DNA from: Opitutia bacterium
GTDB lineage: Bacteria > Verrucomicrobiota > Verrucomicrobiia > Opitutales > JABJCN01
Length of the DNA: 64,000 bases
NCBI GenBank assembly: GCA_018668635.1
Contig: JABJCN010000172.1
Location: forward strand, 15,716-79,715
Reading direction: 5' to 3'
The notes beneath the pieces were generated by a model that worked only from the letters and a program-made list of their open reading frames with translations, ran no database searches and had not been told where the DNA came from. Position numbers and translations under genes: made by a program. How positions within the stretch are numbered: the stretch's first letter is position 1; each line of letters begins with the position of its first letter. Positions 45,314 through 56,399 of this stretch are shown here, in pieces.

Positions 45314-45395
45314 CATAGCGGAATAAAAAAGCCGCAAAAAACAGAAGCTACAATCGCTGCCACGGGAATGCCCAAGGCCGTATGCCTGAAACAGG

Positions 45396-46754
45396 TTACT
45401 TGCCAATACCCGATGCCTCAAAGCCAATCTCCTGCAGGGCAGGAATATCCAGGAGGTTGCGACCATCAAAAAGGAAGGCCGGCTTGGGCATGGAATTGTA
45501 GATTCGCGTGTAGTCCAGATTCTTGAAAGCATCCCACTCCGTAAGGATGGCCACGGCATGGGCACCATCGGCCGCACTGTAGGCATTGTCACAGACCTCC
45601 ACCCGATCATCATCCTCAAAGACGCCAAGCGTTTCGTAGATTTCAGACGCAGGCACCTTGAGATCATAAATGGCAAGGTGCGCCTGCTCCTCCAGCAGGT
45701 CACGGCAGACATAGATCGCGGCGGATTCCCGCGTATCGTTTGTATCCTTCTTGAATGCATAACCAAGGATGGCGATGCGCTTGTGGGACACGGTGTTGAA
45801 CATGGCATCCAGCATCCGCTGGGTAAAACGACGCTTCTGGTAATCATTCATCTCCACCACCTGCTGCCAGTAATTGGCAACCTCGGGCAAACCAAAGTGC
45901 TCACAGAGATAAACAAGGTTCAGGATATCCTTCTGGAAACATGAACCACCAAACCCAACGGAGCTTTTCAGGAACTTGGGCCCGATGCGACTATCCTGAC
46001 CGATGGCATGTGCCACCTCATCCACATCCGCACCGGTTGCCTCGCAGAGTGCAGAGATCGAGTTGATGCTGGAGATGCGTTGGGCAAGGAAGGCATTGGC
46101 CGTTAACTTTGAAAGTTCAGATGACCAGAGGTTGGTGGTAAGGATGCGCTCCCGAGGTACCCAGTGAGCATAGAGGTCCACCAGTTTCCCCACGGCGGCA
46201 AGCCCCTCCTCAGTAGTCTCCCCACCAATAAGGACACGATCTGGGGCTTCCAGGTCCTCCATCGCGGTTCCCTCGGCAAGGAATTCCGGGTTCGACAACA
46301 CCTGGAACTTGGCGCCGTTGTGGCTGGATGCGTCAAGGATTCGCTTGATTGACTGCGCGGTGCGAACCGGGATGGTTGACTTTTCAACCACGATCTTGTC
46401 CGAGTCCGAGACCTCGGCAATCTGCCGGGCACAACTCTCCACAAAACGAAGGTCCGCCGCACGACCGGCACCAACACCGTACGTCTTGGTGGGTGTGTTC
46501 ACGCTTATAAAGATGACATCCGAGTCACGGATCGTATCATTAACATCAGTTGAGAAGAAAAGGTTCTTCCCCCGCTGCAGGGCCACCATTTCCTCAAGGC
46601 CCGGCTCAAAGATCGGCAGGGTCCCGGAATTCCAACCGGCTATGCGTTCTGCATTGATATCCACGACGGTCACGGTGACCTCCGGACACTTCGATGCGAT
46701 CATGGCCATGGTGGGTCCACCGACATAGCCTGCTCCGATACAACAAATTTTCAT
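45396..46754 (-). CDS. ugd: UDP-glucose 6-dehydrogenase
   Basis: [20 protein letters not shown] and [10 protein letters not shown] (catalytic Cys). Confidence 0.9.
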   Translation of the reverse strand: MKICCIGAGYVGGPTMAMIASKCPEVTVTVVDINAERIAGWNSGTLPIFEPGLEEMVALQRGKNLFFSTDVNDTIRDSDVIFISVNTPTKTYGVGAGRAADLRFVESCARQIAEVSDSDKIVVEKSTIPVRTAQSIKRILDASSHNGAKFQVLSNPEFLAEGTAMEDLEAPDRVLIGGETTEEGLAAVGKLVDLYAHWVPRERILTTNLWSSELSKLTANAFLAQRISSINSISALCEATGADVDEVAHAIGQDSRIGPKFLKSSVGFGGSCFQKDILNLVYLCEHFGLPEVANYWQQVVEMNDYQKRRFTQRMLDAMFNTVSHKRIAILGYAFKKDTNDTRESAAIYVCRDLLEEQAHLAIYDLKVPASEIYETLGVFEDDDRVEVCDNAYSAADGAHAVAILTEWDAFKNLDYTRIYNSMPKPAFLFDGRNLLDIPALQEIGFEASGIGK

Positions 46755-46859
46755 GGGTTAATGGGGAAAAAAGGGAATAAATAATAAAAAAACACGGGGC
46801 CAGGGCAACATCAATATCAGGGCCAATAAACATCTGCCAAAGCTGATTTTTCTTGCAAG

Positions 46860-47690
46860 GTGACGGTGGGCATTAATCTAGGAGACATGCTTCTGCAATT
46901 GTTTGGAATTCTCGCAACACTTCTGGTCTGCCTCTACGTGGGGTTTGCATTGTACGCGCTCCTGTTTACCAACATGAGGCTTTTTCCCGTACCCGCCAGC
47001 GGATACAAGGACCATGATGGCATCCTGAAATTAAATACGGCCTCCGGCCTGTCCATCACGGCCACCCACATCGAGAAACCATTGGCGGAATACACCATCC
47101 TCTACTGCCACGGCAATTCGGAAGACCTTGCAACCATCAAGGCCAACTACGCCCGGCTCAGCATTCATGGTGGCTATAACGTGCTGGCCTTCGACTACCC
47201 CGGCTACGGGACATCTGAAGGCCGCCCCAACCAGCGAAACCTCATTGAGGCAACCGAGGCCGCCTACAACTACCTTACGGAGGAGAAAAAGATTCCGCCC
47301 GGTAAAATTATTGTTTACGGACGCTCCCTTGGCGGTGGTCCGGCCACCGACCTGACTTCCCGCAAACCGGTGGGCGGACTCGTCCTTGAACAGGCATTCA
47401 CTTCCGTTTACCGAACTGTCATCCCCTTCAGGGTACTGCCGTGGGACCACTTTGACAACCTTGCCAAGATCGACTCCATCAGATGTCCCCTATTCATCCT
47501 CCACGGTGGTGCCGACTACACCGTCCCCTCATATCATGGGAAGGCACTGCTGGCAAAAGCGCCGGAGCCCAAGATCCACCTCTGGGTTGACTACGCGGGA
47601 CATGGCGATTCGCTTCTCAAGGCCGCCGGCGAGGATTACTGGAAGAAACTGGGTGAGTTCCAGCAACTGGTGGAAAAACAGCAGAACTGA
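46860..47690 (+). CDS. Alpha/beta-fold hydrolase (membrane-anchored)
   Basis: It has an N-terminal TM helix, the nucleophile elbow GRSLGG, and HGGADYTVP...GHGD. An alternative ATG start lies at 46887, after GGAGA. Confidence 0.75.
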   Translation: MTVGINLGDMLLQLFGILATLLVCLYVGFALYALLFTNMRLFPVPASGYKDHDGILKLNTASGLSITATHIEKPLAEYTILYCHGNSEDLATIKANYARLSIHGGYNVLAFDYPGYGTSEGRPNQRNLIEATEAAYNYLTEEKKIPPGKIIVYGRSLGGGPATDLTSRKPVGGLVLEQAFTSVYRTVIPFRVLPWDHFDNLAKIDSIRCPLFILHGGADYTVPSYHGKALLAKAPEPKIHLWVDYAGHGDSLLKAAGEDYWKKLGEFQQLVEKQQN

Positions 47691-48265
47691 TGGTCACAAA
47701 CGTGAACCGTGTTCTCGTGCTGCTCCACCCGGGATTTGAAGGACTGGAGGCAACCGGCCCCATCGACATCATCCGCCGGGCCGGGCTGGAGGTGACCGTA
47801 GCATCCACCTCCGACAGCCTCCTGGTAACCGGGCGTGACCAAATTACGATCAAGGCCGATGCACTACTGGATGATATCGAGGCCGAAAGCTTTGACGCCA
47901 TCGTGGTTCCCGGTGGACCTGGAATCATGGAACTGCGCGGAGATGTAAGGATTACAAGTCTTCTACAGGCATATGGCAGGGCGTCCAAGCCCGTGGCCGC
48001 AATCTGTGCCGCCCCACTCCTGCTAAAGGATGCCGGCCTCCTCGAAGGTCGCCGTGCCGCCGCACACTTCACCTGCAGGGAGGAAATCCCTGACCTCGAG
48101 GAAAAGGCCCCATTCGTGGAGGACGGAATGATTTATACATCCCGCGGAGCAGGAGACTGTGTTGTATTCGGCCTGGGACTCGCGGCAAGGTTCGCCGGGC
48201 GTGACAAGGCCATTGAGGTCGCAGAATCAATCTGCCTCAGTGCAGATGATGTGCCGAAATCATAA
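47690..48265 (+). CDS. DJ-1/PfpI family protein
   Basis: VLVLLHPGFEGLEATGPIDIIRRAG, VPGGPG and AAICAAPLLL (nucleophile-elbow Cys). Confidence 0.8.
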   Translation: MVTNVNRVLVLLHPGFEGLEATGPIDIIRRAGLEVTVASTSDSLLVTGRDQITIKADALLDDIEAESFDAIVVPGGPGIMELRGDVRITSLLQAYGRASKPVAAICAAPLLLKDAGLLEGRRAAAHFTCREEIPDLEEKAPFVEDGMIYTSRGAGDCVVFGLGLAARFAGRDKAIEVAESICLSADDVPKS

Positions 48266-48298
48266 TCCCATCCTCCCTCTTTTACAATGCAGTGTGAC

Positions 48299-49657
48299 CT
48301 AGCCTGAGTGTGTCTCGATGAAGGATCGAATGTCAGCAGTCTCTGCGGAAAGCGGGTAATTACGAACCTGCAGTGTCTTGAGTTTCTCGAGAATCGGAGA
48401 GGTGGGTTCCTGTCCGATTGCAGTATTCACGGTGTCCGGAAACTTGGCCGGATGCGCGGTGGAGAGAACCACATGGGGTCGTGAAGGATCGATTCCCGTG
48501 AATCCGCAGGCGGTGTGGGGATCGACGATGTATCCATGGTCCCGGTGGACCCGGCGGATAATCTCAACGATCCCAGAATCATCGGTGCAACTGCTCGAGA
48601 AGGCCTCATTTTCAAAGTTCTCAAAGTGGACGCGTCCGGTGTCCCTGAATGACTGCATGATTTCCCGGACACGGGCCGAGTCCCCCTGCTGGTGGAAATG
48701 GAGGAAGCGCTCGAAGTTGGAGGCCACTTGAATATCCATTGAGGGTGCATGACTGGGTCGCACCTCACCGACCGAGTAGTCACCGGTGGTAAAGAAGCGG
48801 TGAAGGATGTCATTCCGGTTGGTGGCAGCACGCAGGTTGGCAATGGGAAGGCCCATCCTCCGGACAAGGTATCCTGCAAAAATGTTGCCGAAGTTGCCGG
48901 TGGGAACAACAAAGACGGCGTCCTCCCGTTTCCCCCGTGGAAGCCGTAGCCAGCCATGGATGTAGTAGACACATTGGGCAAGGATGCGGGCCAGGTTGAT
49001 TGAGTTGATTGCCGAGAGGGCGTGTCGCCGGCGAAATTCCTGGTCCCCGAAGATTTCCTTGAGGGCGTGTTGGCCATCATCGAATGTGCCGTTGATGCAG
49101 ATGGGGAAAACATTGTCCGCACCAGTACAGGTCATCTGCCGTTCCTGTAGCGGGGAGACCCGGCCATCCGGATAGAGGATAAAAATCTTCATGCCCTGTC
49201 GCCCGAGGAGTCCATGGATGGCGGCGGAACCGGTGTCCCCGGAGGTGGCACCGAGCACGGTGATCGGTTGGCCGGTACGGCGGACCTGTTCCTCATAGAG
49301 ATTGCCGAGGACCTGGAGCGCAAAATCCTTGAAGGCAAGAGTCGGCCCGTGGAAAAGCTCGAGGACAAAGAGGTTGTCATCAAGCGTCTTAAGCGGGGCA
49401 ATTGCGGGGTTCGTGAAGGAATCGTATGCCTTGTGGATTATCCGGTGGAGGGTTTCCTCTGGGATGTCGGTGGCAAAGAGCTTGAAGAACTCCAGGCAAA
49501 GGCCCCGGTAATCCAGCGCCTCCCATTCATCCAGACGACCGACAATGGAAGGCAGTGACTCCGGAAGGTAAAGCCCCCCATCCGGGGCAAGTCCGGTGGC
49601 CACGGCCTCCGTAAAAGTGACCGGTTTTGCCTGCCCGCGTGTGCTAATATATTTCAT
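48299..49657 (-). CDS. thrC: Threonine synthase
   Basis: MKYISTRGQAKPVTFTEAVATGLAPDGGLYLP and FHGPTLAFKDFALQ (PLP lysine). Confidence 0.9.
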   Translation of the reverse strand: MKYISTRGQAKPVTFTEAVATGLAPDGGLYLPESLPSIVGRLDEWEALDYRGLCLEFFKLFATDIPEETLHRIIHKAYDSFTNPAIAPLKTLDDNLFVLELFHGPTLAFKDFALQVLGNLYEEQVRRTGQPITVLGATSGDTGSAAIHGLLGRQGMKIFILYPDGRVSPLQERQMTCTGADNVFPICINGTFDDGQHALKEIFGDQEFRRRHALSAINSINLARILAQCVYYIHGWLRLPRGKREDAVFVVPTGNFGNIFAGYLVRRMGLPIANLRAATNRNDILHRFFTTGDYSVGEVRPSHAPSMDIQVASNFERFLHFHQQGDSARVREIMQSFRDTGRVHFENFENEAFSSSCTDDSGIVEIIRRVHRDHGYIVDPHTACGFTGIDPSRPHVVLSTAHPAKFPDTVNTAIGQEPTSPILEKLKTLQVRNYPLSAETADIRSFIETHSG

Positions 49658-49753
49658 GGTCGGTCGCCGTGCTCACTTGTTGGAAATGCCACGCCATCGC
49701 CAAGGTTGAATCCGATTGCAGCGGGGAATCGAGACAGGGCGACAAGACAGTCC

Positions 49754-50968
49754 TCAGGATTCACCGAGATTGAAGGCCCCATGGGCTACGCGCACGGCAT
49801 CATCGGCCTGAGCGGGCTTGATGCCGACGGAAATCTTGATCTCGGATGTGGTGATCATCTCGATATTGATTCCGGCCTCGGCCAATGCCTCGAAAAGTGT
49901 GGCAGCCACACCGCTGTGTGAACGCATACCAAGACCGACAACGGAGACCTTGGCAATATCGCCGATCGTCTTCGCGTAGGCACCCTCGAACTCGGCAAGT
50001 GCCAGTGAGAGTGCCTTTTCCGCCTTGAAGACATCATCCTTGGGCACGGTGAAGGTTATATTGGCCCGGCCTTCACTCCCTATATTCTGGACGATCATGT
50101 CCACAAGCACACCAGCCGCTGAAAGGGACTGGAATACCTTGGCGGCAGCACCGGGACGGTCCGGCAGGTTACCGACCCCGATTCGGGCCTGATTCTTGTC
50201 AACGGCTACGCCATTGACGAGGATGTCCTCCATGGAGGCGACTTCTTCTTTCACGATGGTTCCCGGGTTGTCATTAAAACTGGATCTGACTTCGAAAGGT
50301 ACATTGAATTTGCTGGCGAACTCGACGGCTCGGGACTGCATGACCTTGGAGCCGCTACTGGCAAGCTCGAGCATTTCCTCGTAATGGAGTTCATCCAGCT
50401 TGCGGGCATCCGGAACAATCCTTGGGTCCGCGGTGTAAACCCCGTCTACATCAGTGTTGATTCTGCAAAGATCGGCACCGAGACCCTGGGCAAGGGCAAT
50501 GGCACTGAGGTCGGAACCGCCGCGTCCCATTGTTGTTATCTCGCCCTCGGGACTGCTACCCTGAAACCCGGCAACGACAACGACCTTTCCCTGCTCCAGC
50601 TGCTCATGTATATCCCCTCCTGATATTTCCTTGATGCGCGCCCGGAGGTGGTTCCCATCAGTTCGAAACCCGGCACGATGACCGGTCCGGGAAACTGCAG
50701 GTACACCCAGAGCATGTAGCGCCATGGTAGTCAATGCAATGGTTTCCTGTTCACCAACGGTTAGCAACATATCCATCTCCCGCTCATCGGGCTCCGGGGT
50801 AATGGCCTTGGCCCGGGCGATCAGTTCATTGGTCACACCACTACGGGCGGAAACAACGACAACCATGCGATGGCCCTGATCCAAGCCTTTCTTGACACGA
50901 AGAGCCACGTTCTTGATGCGGTCGACATCACCGACCGAGGTTCCACCATATTTTTCTACAATGAGCAT
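49754..50968 (-). CDS. lysC: Aspartate kinase
   Basis: MLIVEKYGGTSVGDVDRIKNVA plus C-terminal ACT repeats. Confidence 0.92.
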   Translation of the reverse strand: MLIVEKYGGTSVGDVDRIKNVALRVKKGLDQGHRMVVVVSARSGVTNELIARAKAITPEPDEREMDMLLTVGEQETIALTTMALHALGVPAVSRTGHRAGFRTDGNHLRARIKEISGGDIHEQLEQGKVVVVAGFQGSSPEGEITTMGRGGSDLSAIALAQGLGADLCRINTDVDGVYTADPRIVPDARKLDELHYEEMLELASSGSKVMQSRAVEFASKFNVPFEVRSSFNDNPGTIVKEEVASMEDILVNGVAVDKNQARIGVGNLPDRPGAAAKVFQSLSAAGVLVDMIVQNIGSEGRANITFTVPKDDVFKAEKALSLALAEFEGAYAKTIGDIAKVSVVGLGMRSHSGVAATLFEALAEAGINIEMITTSEIKISVGIKPAQADDAVRVAHGAFNLGES

Positions 50969-51017
50969 TTAAAGAGAAATTTATAAATCAAAAAAAAGTG
51001 AAATTTGCCTCAATGAT

Positions 51018-52349
51018 TCAGGCTGGGTTATCAAAGATGCGAAGCAGGACCGGGCGCCCCGACACAGAGGGTTCCGACTGTAGTTGGTCAACTGCACCGG
51101 CCATATCCTTCTCGGTGCAGGTGTGGGTTGTCAGGATGAGACTGGCCGTATCCTGCCCCTCGTTGGAAGACTGTTCCACGGTGGAAAGACTGATACTGGA
51201 GGCTGCCAGTACTTCTGCAACACGGGCAAGGACTCCTGGCTTGTCCTCCACGGATAAACGCAGATAGAAACGGCCTTCAATCTCATCGAGTCCCGCAATG
51301 AAGGAACCATCTGATATACGGCTGTAGAATGCTTTCTCCTGTTCCAGCACCTTTTGGGACACTCCATTACGAATAGCAGAGACTGCATCCACAATATCAC
51401 TGATCACAGCAGAGGCCGTGGCATCCTGCCCTGCACCACGACCAATAAGGATGGTGTTACCGGCAACATCGCCGGTTATACTGACTGCATTGTAAACATC
51501 GTCGACCTGGGCCACAACCTCCTCCACAGGAATCAGCATCGGGTGGACACCCGCACGAAGACGGTTGGTCTGAAAGTTCTTGGATATGATGGCGAGAAGC
51601 TTGATCTTGCAACCAAGACGACGGGCAGCCTGAATATCATCCAAAGTAACTTCACGGATTCCCTCAACAACCATCTCGTCCAGCGATATCCATCGACCAT
51701 GGGCGAGGTAGGCCAGGATGGCTGTCTTATGTGCAGCATCAACGCCATCAAGATCGAGTGCCTCATCAGCTTCTACGTAACCAAGATTGCGGGCCTCAAC
51801 CAGAACATCCTCGTAAGCGAGACCCTCCCGTTCCATACGAGTCAACATATAGTTTGAAGTGCCGTTGAGAATACCAAAAATATGGGAGAAGCGGTTGGCA
51901 ACCAATCCTTCCCGAAGGGCCTTGATCACAGGAATCCCACCAGCAACACTTGCCTCGAAAAGATAGTGAACACCATGCTCACGCGCGCTATCAAAAAGCT
52001 CGGTGCCGTGTTCGCAGACAAGGGCCTTGTTGGCCGTTACAACAGATTTGCCGTTACGAAATGCACGAAGGGTAAGATCAAGAGCCTCCGTGGTACCGCC
52101 CATCAGCTCGCAAACGATGTCAATATCCGGGTCATTCACGATGGAAACAGGATTATCCGTCAAGGCATCGACAGGAATGTCTTGAAGGCGTTGACGGGAG
52201 ACATCACGAACGGCGGCGCGGTGAAGATCAAGCCCTACACCAAGGCGGGAACGTAGGGCTTCCCCATGGCGCAGGATATGCTTCCAAACACCCTGACCGA
52301 CAACACCCATTCCGAGGAATCCGAGTTTTAATGAGTCTTTTTCTGACAT
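51018..52349 (-). CDS. hom: Homoserine dehydrogenase
   Basis: LGFLGMGVVGQGV Rossmann motif, a central catalytic region and a C-terminal ACT domain (FYLRLSVEDKPGVLARV). Confidence 0.9.
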   Translation of the reverse strand: MSEKDSLKLGFLGMGVVGQGVWKHILRHGEALRSRLGVGLDLHRAAVRDVSRQRLQDIPVDALTDNPVSIVNDPDIDIVCELMGGTTEALDLTLRAFRNGKSVVTANKALVCEHGTELFDSAREHGVHYLFEASVAGGIPVIKALREGLVANRFSHIFGILNGTSNYMLTRMEREGLAYEDVLVEARNLGYVEADEALDLDGVDAAHKTAILAYLAHGRWISLDEMVVEGIREVTLDDIQAARRLGCKIKLLAIISKNFQTNRLRAGVHPMLIPVEEVVAQVDDVYNAVSITGDVAGNTILIGRGAGQDATASAVISDIVDAVSAIRNGVSQKVLEQEKAFYSRISDGSFIAGLDEIEGRFYLRLSVEDKPGVLARVAEVLAASSISLSTVEQSSNEGQDTASLILTTHTCTEKDMAGAVDQLQSEPSVSGRPVLLRIFDNPA

Positions 52350-52537
52350 ATGTGAGAAATTGAAAAATTAGGGGGAAAAGAAAGGGGCAATGAAAAGCCT
52401 GTTCATTTACAAGGGGTAATCGTTTCGGGAAATATGGCAAAGTTGTGTACTCAACGCATCAAAAATGGGGATCTTTTTATAAGTAAAAATGGCATCGTTG
52501 CGGTTTAAATCAAAAGGGTTTTGAAGTGGAATACGCT

Positions 52538-53194
52538 TTAATCCTTCTTTTTGAAGGAAAGTTCCTCACCTCGTAAAAGTCGCACAATATTGGTGCGATG
52601 CCTCACCAAGATCAACAAGGAAATCAATAAGGCAAATACAAGTTCGGACTGATGGTCACCACTGCCATTATTGAGAATATTGACAAACCATCCGGGCTTC
52701 CACGCCTGTAACCCCCAACCTGCCAAAGGTAAAGCCAATCCAAAAGCAATCGAGGCCACGGACACAAGGCGAATTGTGTAAAATACGACCACCCACGAAA
52801 GGACGCCTATCAGCATAACAACAGGCATAACAGCCAGTAAACCACCCATGGTAGTGGCTACTCCCTTGCCTCCCTTGAAGCCATAGTATACAGGAAAACT
52901 ATGCCCAAGGATGGCACCGGTTAAACCAAGGATGGACAAGAGACCGGAATCATTGGCAAAGACAAGCATTGGCCAAAGCGCGGGCAAAAAGCCTTTCAGG
53001 AAATCAAGAAGAAAAACAAGATTGCCGGCACCACGACCGAGGGCGCGCTTCACATTGGTCGCACCGGGATTTCCGCTCCCAACAGATCGAATATCCACGC
53101 CCCTGGAACGTGCCACCAGGATGGCAAATGAGAGGGACCCCACAAAGTAACCGACACCGGCGGTTAAACACATCTGGGGAATGGTGAGCATCAA
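52538..53194 (-). CDS. plsY: Glycerol-3-phosphate acyltransferase PlsY
   Basis: GSGNPGATNVKRALG and FKGGKGVAT in a polytopic membrane protein. Confidence 0.88.
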   Translation of the reverse strand: MMLTIPQMCLTAGVGYFVGSLSFAILVARSRGVDIRSVGSGNPGATNVKRALGRGAGNLVFLLDFLKGFLPALWPMLVFANDSGLLSILGLTGAILGHSFPVYYGFKGGKGVATTMGGLLAVMPVVMLIGVLSWVVVFYTIRLVSVASIAFGLALPLAGWGLQAWKPGWFVNILNNGSGDHQSELVFALLISLLILVRHRTNIVRLLRGEELSFKKKD

Positions 53195-53195
53195 G

Positions 53196-54794
53196 TCAGG
53201 CTTGGATAAAAATCAGGTCATTGATATCAGGATTTGCAAGGATCTCCGAGGTGGCTTCCTTGGAAAGACTGGTATCCAGCTCGAAAATAGTAAGGGCATT
53301 CATCTCCCCTTCCGCCCGGCTTAATGACATATTCGCGATGTTGACAGAGTCCTTGCCAAGAATGGTACCAAGGAGACCGACGATACCGGGCGTATCCCGA
53401 TTATAAAGAATCAATAAATTTCCGCCAAGGTTGGCCTCAATGGAGCGCCCGTTGAACTGGACAAGCCGGGGTAGGCTTTCCTTGCCCATGATGGTACCGG
53501 ATACACTAATCGTATTGCCGTCCGAGCAAACAGCCTGGAGTTCAATAAAGTCTGTGTAATCCACTTCTGCTGTTGAATTAACAATCTCGATGGACACTCC
53601 AAGGTCCTTCATCTTTGCCGGGGCATTGACATCACTAAGGTTGTCTCCGCTGATGCGGCGCAGATAGCCCAATTGAATGGCGCGTGCAAGAGGCTTGTTA
53701 TCCAGTTCATTTACAGGCCCCCATAGGCTGATACGAATCGTCTCAACCTGCGCAGTAGTCGCCTGCTGAAGGACCGAGCCCAACTTTCCGCCGAGAGACA
53801 TGTAGGGCTGAAGCGCCTCAAGGGTCGCCGAATCAACTGATGGCATATTGACTGCATTGCGGGCTGGACCGCCCTGGAGAACCTGGGTGATTGACTCGGC
53901 GATCTCGAAGCCAACACTCTCTTGAGCCTCCTGAGTGGAGGCACCGAGGTGGGGAGTCAGGACAAGATTTTGAATATTTCGTAAAGGACTGTCACTGGCA
54001 AGCGGTTCCTCTGCATAAACATCAAGGCCCGCAGCGGCAATCTTTCCGGAATTCAACCCTTCGGCAAGGGCAGACTCGTCGATAATACCACCCCGGGCAC
54101 AATTAAAGATGCGTACACCGGTCTTCATTCGGGCAATGGCTTCGGTATTGATCATGCCACGAGTGGAATCTGTAAGAGGCATGTGTACGGTGATGTAGTC
54201 CGCCTCAGCAAATGCAGTACCGATGTCCGCGATCTCCACACCCATGGTCTCAGCACGGGACTCGGTGAGATAAGGGTCGTAGGCAATGACTTTCATCTCG
54301 AAAGCCTTGGCACGCTTGGCAACTTCAGAGCCGATACGCCCCATGCCGAGGACGGCGAGGGTTTTGCTTCGAAGTTCGGTCCCAGGAAACTTTTTTCGAT
54401 CCCATTTGCCCTGGCGCATGGTTTCGCAGGCCTGCACAATTGGCCGCGCCCCACAAAGCAAGTGCGTAAAGGTCAGTTCAGCCGTGGCGATTGTATTGCC
54501 ACCAGGAGTATTCATGACAACGACACCAGACTCTGTCGCACCATCGATGTCGATATTATCAACCCCCACACCAGCCCGGCCAACAGCGACCAGTTCCTTG
54601 GCGGCGGCCAAAACATCCCGGTCCACTTTCGTCTCACTGCGGACGACGATGGCCTTCACGTCCGGAACAATCTCAAGAAGCTGCTCCTTGCTGGATCCAT
54701 AAGCCTCGATCACCTCGAAACCATCTTGCGCTTTAAAAAATTCAACCCCCTTTTGGGAGATACGGTCTGCTACTACAATTTTCATTTGGATCAT
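53196..54794 (-). CDS. serA: D-3-phosphoglycerate dehydrogenase
   Basis: GMGRIGSEVAKRAKAFEMKVIAYDPY, a 2-hydroxyacid dehydrogenase core and a C-terminal ACT domain. The protein is 532 aa. Confidence 0.9.
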   Translation of the reverse strand: MIQMKIVVADRISQKGVEFFKAQDGFEVIEAYGSSKEQLLEIVPDVKAIVVRSETKVDRDVLAAAKELVAVGRAGVGVDNIDIDGATESGVVVMNTPGGNTIATAELTFTHLLCGARPIVQACETMRQGKWDRKKFPGTELRSKTLAVLGMGRIGSEVAKRAKAFEMKVIAYDPYLTESRAETMGVEIADIGTAFAEADYITVHMPLTDSTRGMINTEAIARMKTGVRIFNCARGGIIDESALAEGLNSGKIAAAGLDVYAEEPLASDSPLRNIQNLVLTPHLGASTQEAQESVGFEIAESITQVLQGGPARNAVNMPSVDSATLEALQPYMSLGGKLGSVLQQATTAQVETIRISLWGPVNELDNKPLARAIQLGYLRRISGDNLSDVNAPAKMKDLGVSIEIVNSTAEVDYTDFIELQAVCSDGNTISVSGTIMGKESLPRLVQFNGRSIEANLGGNLLILYNRDTPGIVGLLGTILGKDSVNIANMSLSRAEGEMNALTIFELDTSLSKEATSEILANPDINDLIFIQA

Positions 54795-54996
54795 CGAAGA
54801 AAGAACCTATCGAGCAAAAGGCAATGCCGGAAAACAAAAGTAATGTCATAATTAAAGCCGAGGAATCAAATAATATGAGAGTGTACACCAGCCTCAAAGC
54901 CTCAAGACAGGAATAGAATTTGAATAAATGCATGGATAAAAGATTGCCCTTAAAGCCAATGCCACTAATCAAAACTGAAAAATCTTAGACAACAAT

Positions 54997-56328
54997 ATGT
55001 TTGAAGGACTAACAGAACGCTTGGGAAAAACATTCCGTGATCTTGCGGGCATCGGCAAGCTCACCGAGAGCAATATGGCCGACGCCCTGAAAGAGGTTCG
55101 CTCCGCACTGCTCTCCGCTGACGTGCATTTCAAGGTGGCAAGGGAATTCATTGAGAAGGTAAAGGAGAGTTGTGTCGGTCAGGATGTGACCAAGGCAGTC
55201 AGCCCGGGCCAGCAGGTCGTAAAGATCATCAATGACGAACTGGTTGAACTACTTGGTGGCGAGTCTCCTCCCCCACTGTCAAAGAAACCACTCAAGGTAA
55301 TGATGGTCGGCCTTCATGGCTCCGGTAAGACAACCAGTAGTGCCAAGCTGGCCAAACTGCTCAGTAAAAAAGGAAACTACCGTCCGATACTTGTAGGTTG
55401 TGACATTTACCGTCCCGCAGCCATCGACCAACTGGAAATCCTGGCAAAGAATGAAGGATTCCTGTTCCATGGTGACCGAGAATCCAAGGATGTTCCAGCT
55501 ATTGGCAAGGAAGGATTGCACAAAGGACTGGACGAGGGAGCCGACCTAATAATATTTGATACCGCGGGCCGACTCCAGATCGATACCGATCTGGTCGAGG
55601 AAATAAAAAGACTCCGCTCCATGGTAAACCCGGACGAGGTCTACCTGGTTGCAGATAGCGCCTTGGGACAGGAAGCCGTAAATGTGGCCAAGACGTTCCA
55701 TGAAGCCGTTGACCTCACAGGCATAATACTGACCAAACTCGACGGGGATGCACGTGGAGGTGCTGCTCTCTCCATGAAGCATGTCACAGGCGTGCCTATA
55801 CGCTTCGCTGGAGTTGGAGAAAAGGTGGATGATTTCGATATATTTTATCCTGATCGGATGGCTTCACGCATCCTTGGCATGGGTGATGTGGTTTCACTGG
55901 TTGAAAAGGCCCAGGAAACCATAGATGAAAAAGAGGCCGAGCGGATGGCTGAAAAGATGCAAAGGGCAGACTTCAATCTTGAAGACTTCCTGAGCCAGAT
56001 GCAACAGATGAAAAAAATGGGATCACTGGGTTCAGTCGTTAACATGCTACCTGGAATGAATGGCATGGAATTTGGAGACAAGGAGGATCAGCAGATGAAA
56101 AGGACCGAGGCCATCATCCTTTCAATGACCTTGGAGGAACGCCGCAACCCCAAGATCCTGAACGGCAGCCGTCGCATGCGAGTCGCGAATGGATCCGGGA
56201 TGAAAGTGAAGGATATAAACCAAGTCCTGAAGAACTTCGGTCAAATGCGAAAGATGATGAAGAAGATGCGGGGGGGCAAGGGCCGTAAAATGATGGAGAG
56301 CCTGATGGGCGGGGGAATGCCCGGTTGA
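54997..56328 (+). CDS. ffh: Signal recognition particle protein
   Basis: [37 protein letters not shown], and a Met-rich M domain. Confidence 0.93.
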   Translation: MFEGLTERLGKTFRDLAGIGKLTESNMADALKEVRSALLSADVHFKVAREFIEKVKESCVGQDVTKAVSPGQQVVKIINDELVELLGGESPPPLSKKPLKVMMVGLHGSGKTTSSAKLAKLLSKKGNYRPILVGCDIYRPAAIDQLEILAKNEGFLFHGDRESKDVPAIGKEGLHKGLDEGADLIIFDTAGRLQIDTDLVEEIKRLRSMVNPDEVYLVADSALGQEAVNVAKTFHEAVDLTGIILTKLDGDARGGAALSMKHVTGVPIRFAGVGEKVDDFDIFYPDRMASRILGMGDVVSLVEKAQETIDEKEAERMAEKMQRADFNLEDFLSQMQQMKKMGSLGSVVNMLPGMNGMEFGDKEDQQMKRTEAIILSMTLEERRNPKILNGSRRMRVANGSGMKVKDINQVLKNFGQMRKMMKKMRGGKGRKMMESLMGGGMPG

Positions 56329-56399
56329 TACAGGTTTTAAAAACTAAAGGAATTTAAAAAGTAACTGCCAACCAGCCAATTCTGTACATCGCACTTCCA

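Noticed and set aside
45314-45395. GCGG-AATAAAAAA-GCCGC element between rsmA and ugd, considered as a bidirectional terminator
   Set aside because: The stem is only 4-5 bp. It is too weak to call without folding-energy computation.
45245-45847. 200-aa minus-strand ORF overlapping the rsmA 3' end and ugd
   Set aside because: It is out of frame with ugd on the same strand and its translation is Arg/Ser/Pro-rich, so it is a frame artefact.
49658-49753. 96-nt lysC-thrC spacer considered as a riboswitch or leader
   Set aside because: I could not recognise any known riboswitch core (lysine, SAM or T-box) or a convincing terminator/antiterminator pair. It is too short for those classes.
48299-52349. 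hom-lysC-thrC cluster lacking thrB (homoserine kinase) as a possible pathway anomaly
   Set aside because: thrB is frequently unlinked or replaced by non-orthologous kinases elsewhere in the genome. Absence from a 64-kb window is not informative.
54183-54851. 222-aa plus-strand ORF and the overlapping 138-aa ORF (54286..54702)
   Set aside because: Both are antisense to serA, which is well supported. They have no motifs.
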